Of a stretch of 64,000 nucleotides of DNA, positions 63,373-64,000 are shown piece by piece. Below the pieces are notes generated by a model. The model searched no databases and was not told the DNA's origin. It saw only the letters and a program-made list of their open reading frames with translations. A program made the translations under genes and the position numbers. This stretch comes from Myxococcota bacterium. GTDB taxonomy: Bacteria > Myxococcota_A > Polyangia > Fen-1088. The stretch spans positions 15,324 through 79,323 of the forward strand of contig JAICYS010000001.1 in assembly GCA_025934105.1 (NCBI GenBank), read 5' to 3'. Positions within the stretch are counted from its first letter, which is position 1; each line of letters starts with the position of its first letter.

Positions 63373-64000
63373 TCAGAGCTGGCCGATCACGGCCTCGAGC
63401 TCGGCCGCTATCGCGCGCGTGAACTCCGGCCGGCCGGCATGAATGAAGAAGTGATCGCCGGGAATCATCGTCTTCGAGAATCTCGCGTTCGTCTCCAAGC
63501 GCCAGGCGAGCAGGTGCGCTTCGGTCACCGAGTCGTCGTGCACGCCGCCGTAGACGGACAGTCCGCACGACAGAGGCTGCCGAGCCGAATAGCGGTAGGT
63601 CTCGTGCAGCCGGAAATCGGCTCGCATGACCGGCAACAGGAGCTGCAGAAGCTCGCGCTCGCGCAGGATCTCGGCGGGAATGGCGTTGTACTTCGTTCGA
63701 AGGGCGTCGATGAAATCGTCGTCCGGCAGCGCGTGGATCGACGATCCGGGGACGGCGACGGAGGGGGCGACCCGAGCGGCCGCGATCAGGTGGCGGGGGC
63801 CGGCCTTTCCCGTGTGACCCAGCTCGTGCGCCAGCTCGTACGCGACGAGCGCCCCCAGGCTATGCCCCAAGAACACGTACGGAACCGTCAACTCTGGCGC
63901 AAGGCCAACCGCCGCCTCGGAGATCACCTGCCGCAGGTTGGTGGGCAGCGGTTCGCCCATGCGGGTCGAGTGGCCCGGCAGCTGGACCGGACAGACCTCG
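63373..64000 (-). CDS. Type II (editing) thioesterase, alpha/beta hydrolase; 5' end lies beyond the window
   Basis: Motifs seen: GHSLGALVAYELAHEL (GxSxG nucleophile elbow) and a C-terminal IPGDHFF (catalytic His region). The frame stays open upstream of the listed Met to the window edge and reads EVCPVQLPGHSTR, the conserved QLPGR-type block of TEII proteins. The true N-terminus is therefore outside the window. Stop at 63373..63375. Confidence 0.8.
   Translation of the reverse strand, partial: EVCPVQLPGHSTRMGEPLPTNLRQVISEAAVGLAPELTVPYVFLGHSLGALVAYELAHELGHTGKAGPRHLIAAARVAPSVAVPGSSIHALPDDDFIDALRTKYNAIPAEILRERELLQLLLPVMRADFRLHETYRYSARQPLSCGLSVYGGVHDDSVTEAHLLAWRLETNARFSKTMIPGDHFFIHAGRPEFTRAIAAELEAVIGQL

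Noticed and set aside
63322-63385. Possible terminator hairpins between the convergent oxidoreductase and TEII genes (GGCCCG...CGGGCC and GGCCAGC...GCTGGCC)
   Set aside because: The stems are short (6-7 bp), the loops are 17-25 nt, and there is no U-tract. One arm lies inside the TEII coding sequence. This is not enough to call a terminator.

Overview
The window is visibly very GC-rich (third codon positions are almost all G/C; not computed). It is almost entirely occupied by a cis-AT type I modular PKS / PKS-NRPS hybrid biosynthetic gene cluster. The domain style (Cy-A-Ox-PCP thiazole module, coiled docking termini) looks myxobacterial, but that is inference only.

Two megasynthase operons converge at about 11.13 kb:
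- Plus strand: the 3' part of one PKS gene (2..4543) and a complete one-module PKS gene (4540..11130). Both modules are fully reducing, and the line ends in an ACP with no release domain.
- Minus strand: an approximately 51 kb, eight-gene, translationally coupled operon (62049 down to 11136). In order it encodes:
  - a loading module with a vestigial KS;
  - modules M1-M4;
  - a Cys-specific heterocyclisation/oxidation NRPS module (M5, thiazole);
  - M6 and M7;
  - M8, a 'hollowed-out' module whose AT, ER and KR all lack catalytic residues;
  - an orphan KS/AT-remnant protein with no ACP, whose HGTGT histidine is Tyr;
  - a small protein with a twofold E...ExxH diiron-carboxylate signature.

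No TE, reductase or terminal C domain is fused to either assembly line inside the window.

The right flank holds the only real intergenic region (62050..62253, a divergent promoter candidate), a saccharopine-dehydrogenase-like NAD(P) oxidoreductase gene, and a 5'-truncated type II thioesterase gene. I saw no tRNA, rRNA, CRISPR array, transposase or integrase.

Most other long ORFs in the six-frame track are GC-driven shadow frames. All domain calls come from by-eye motif recognition in the supplied translations, checked against the DNA at the quoted coordinates. No HMM or database search was possible.
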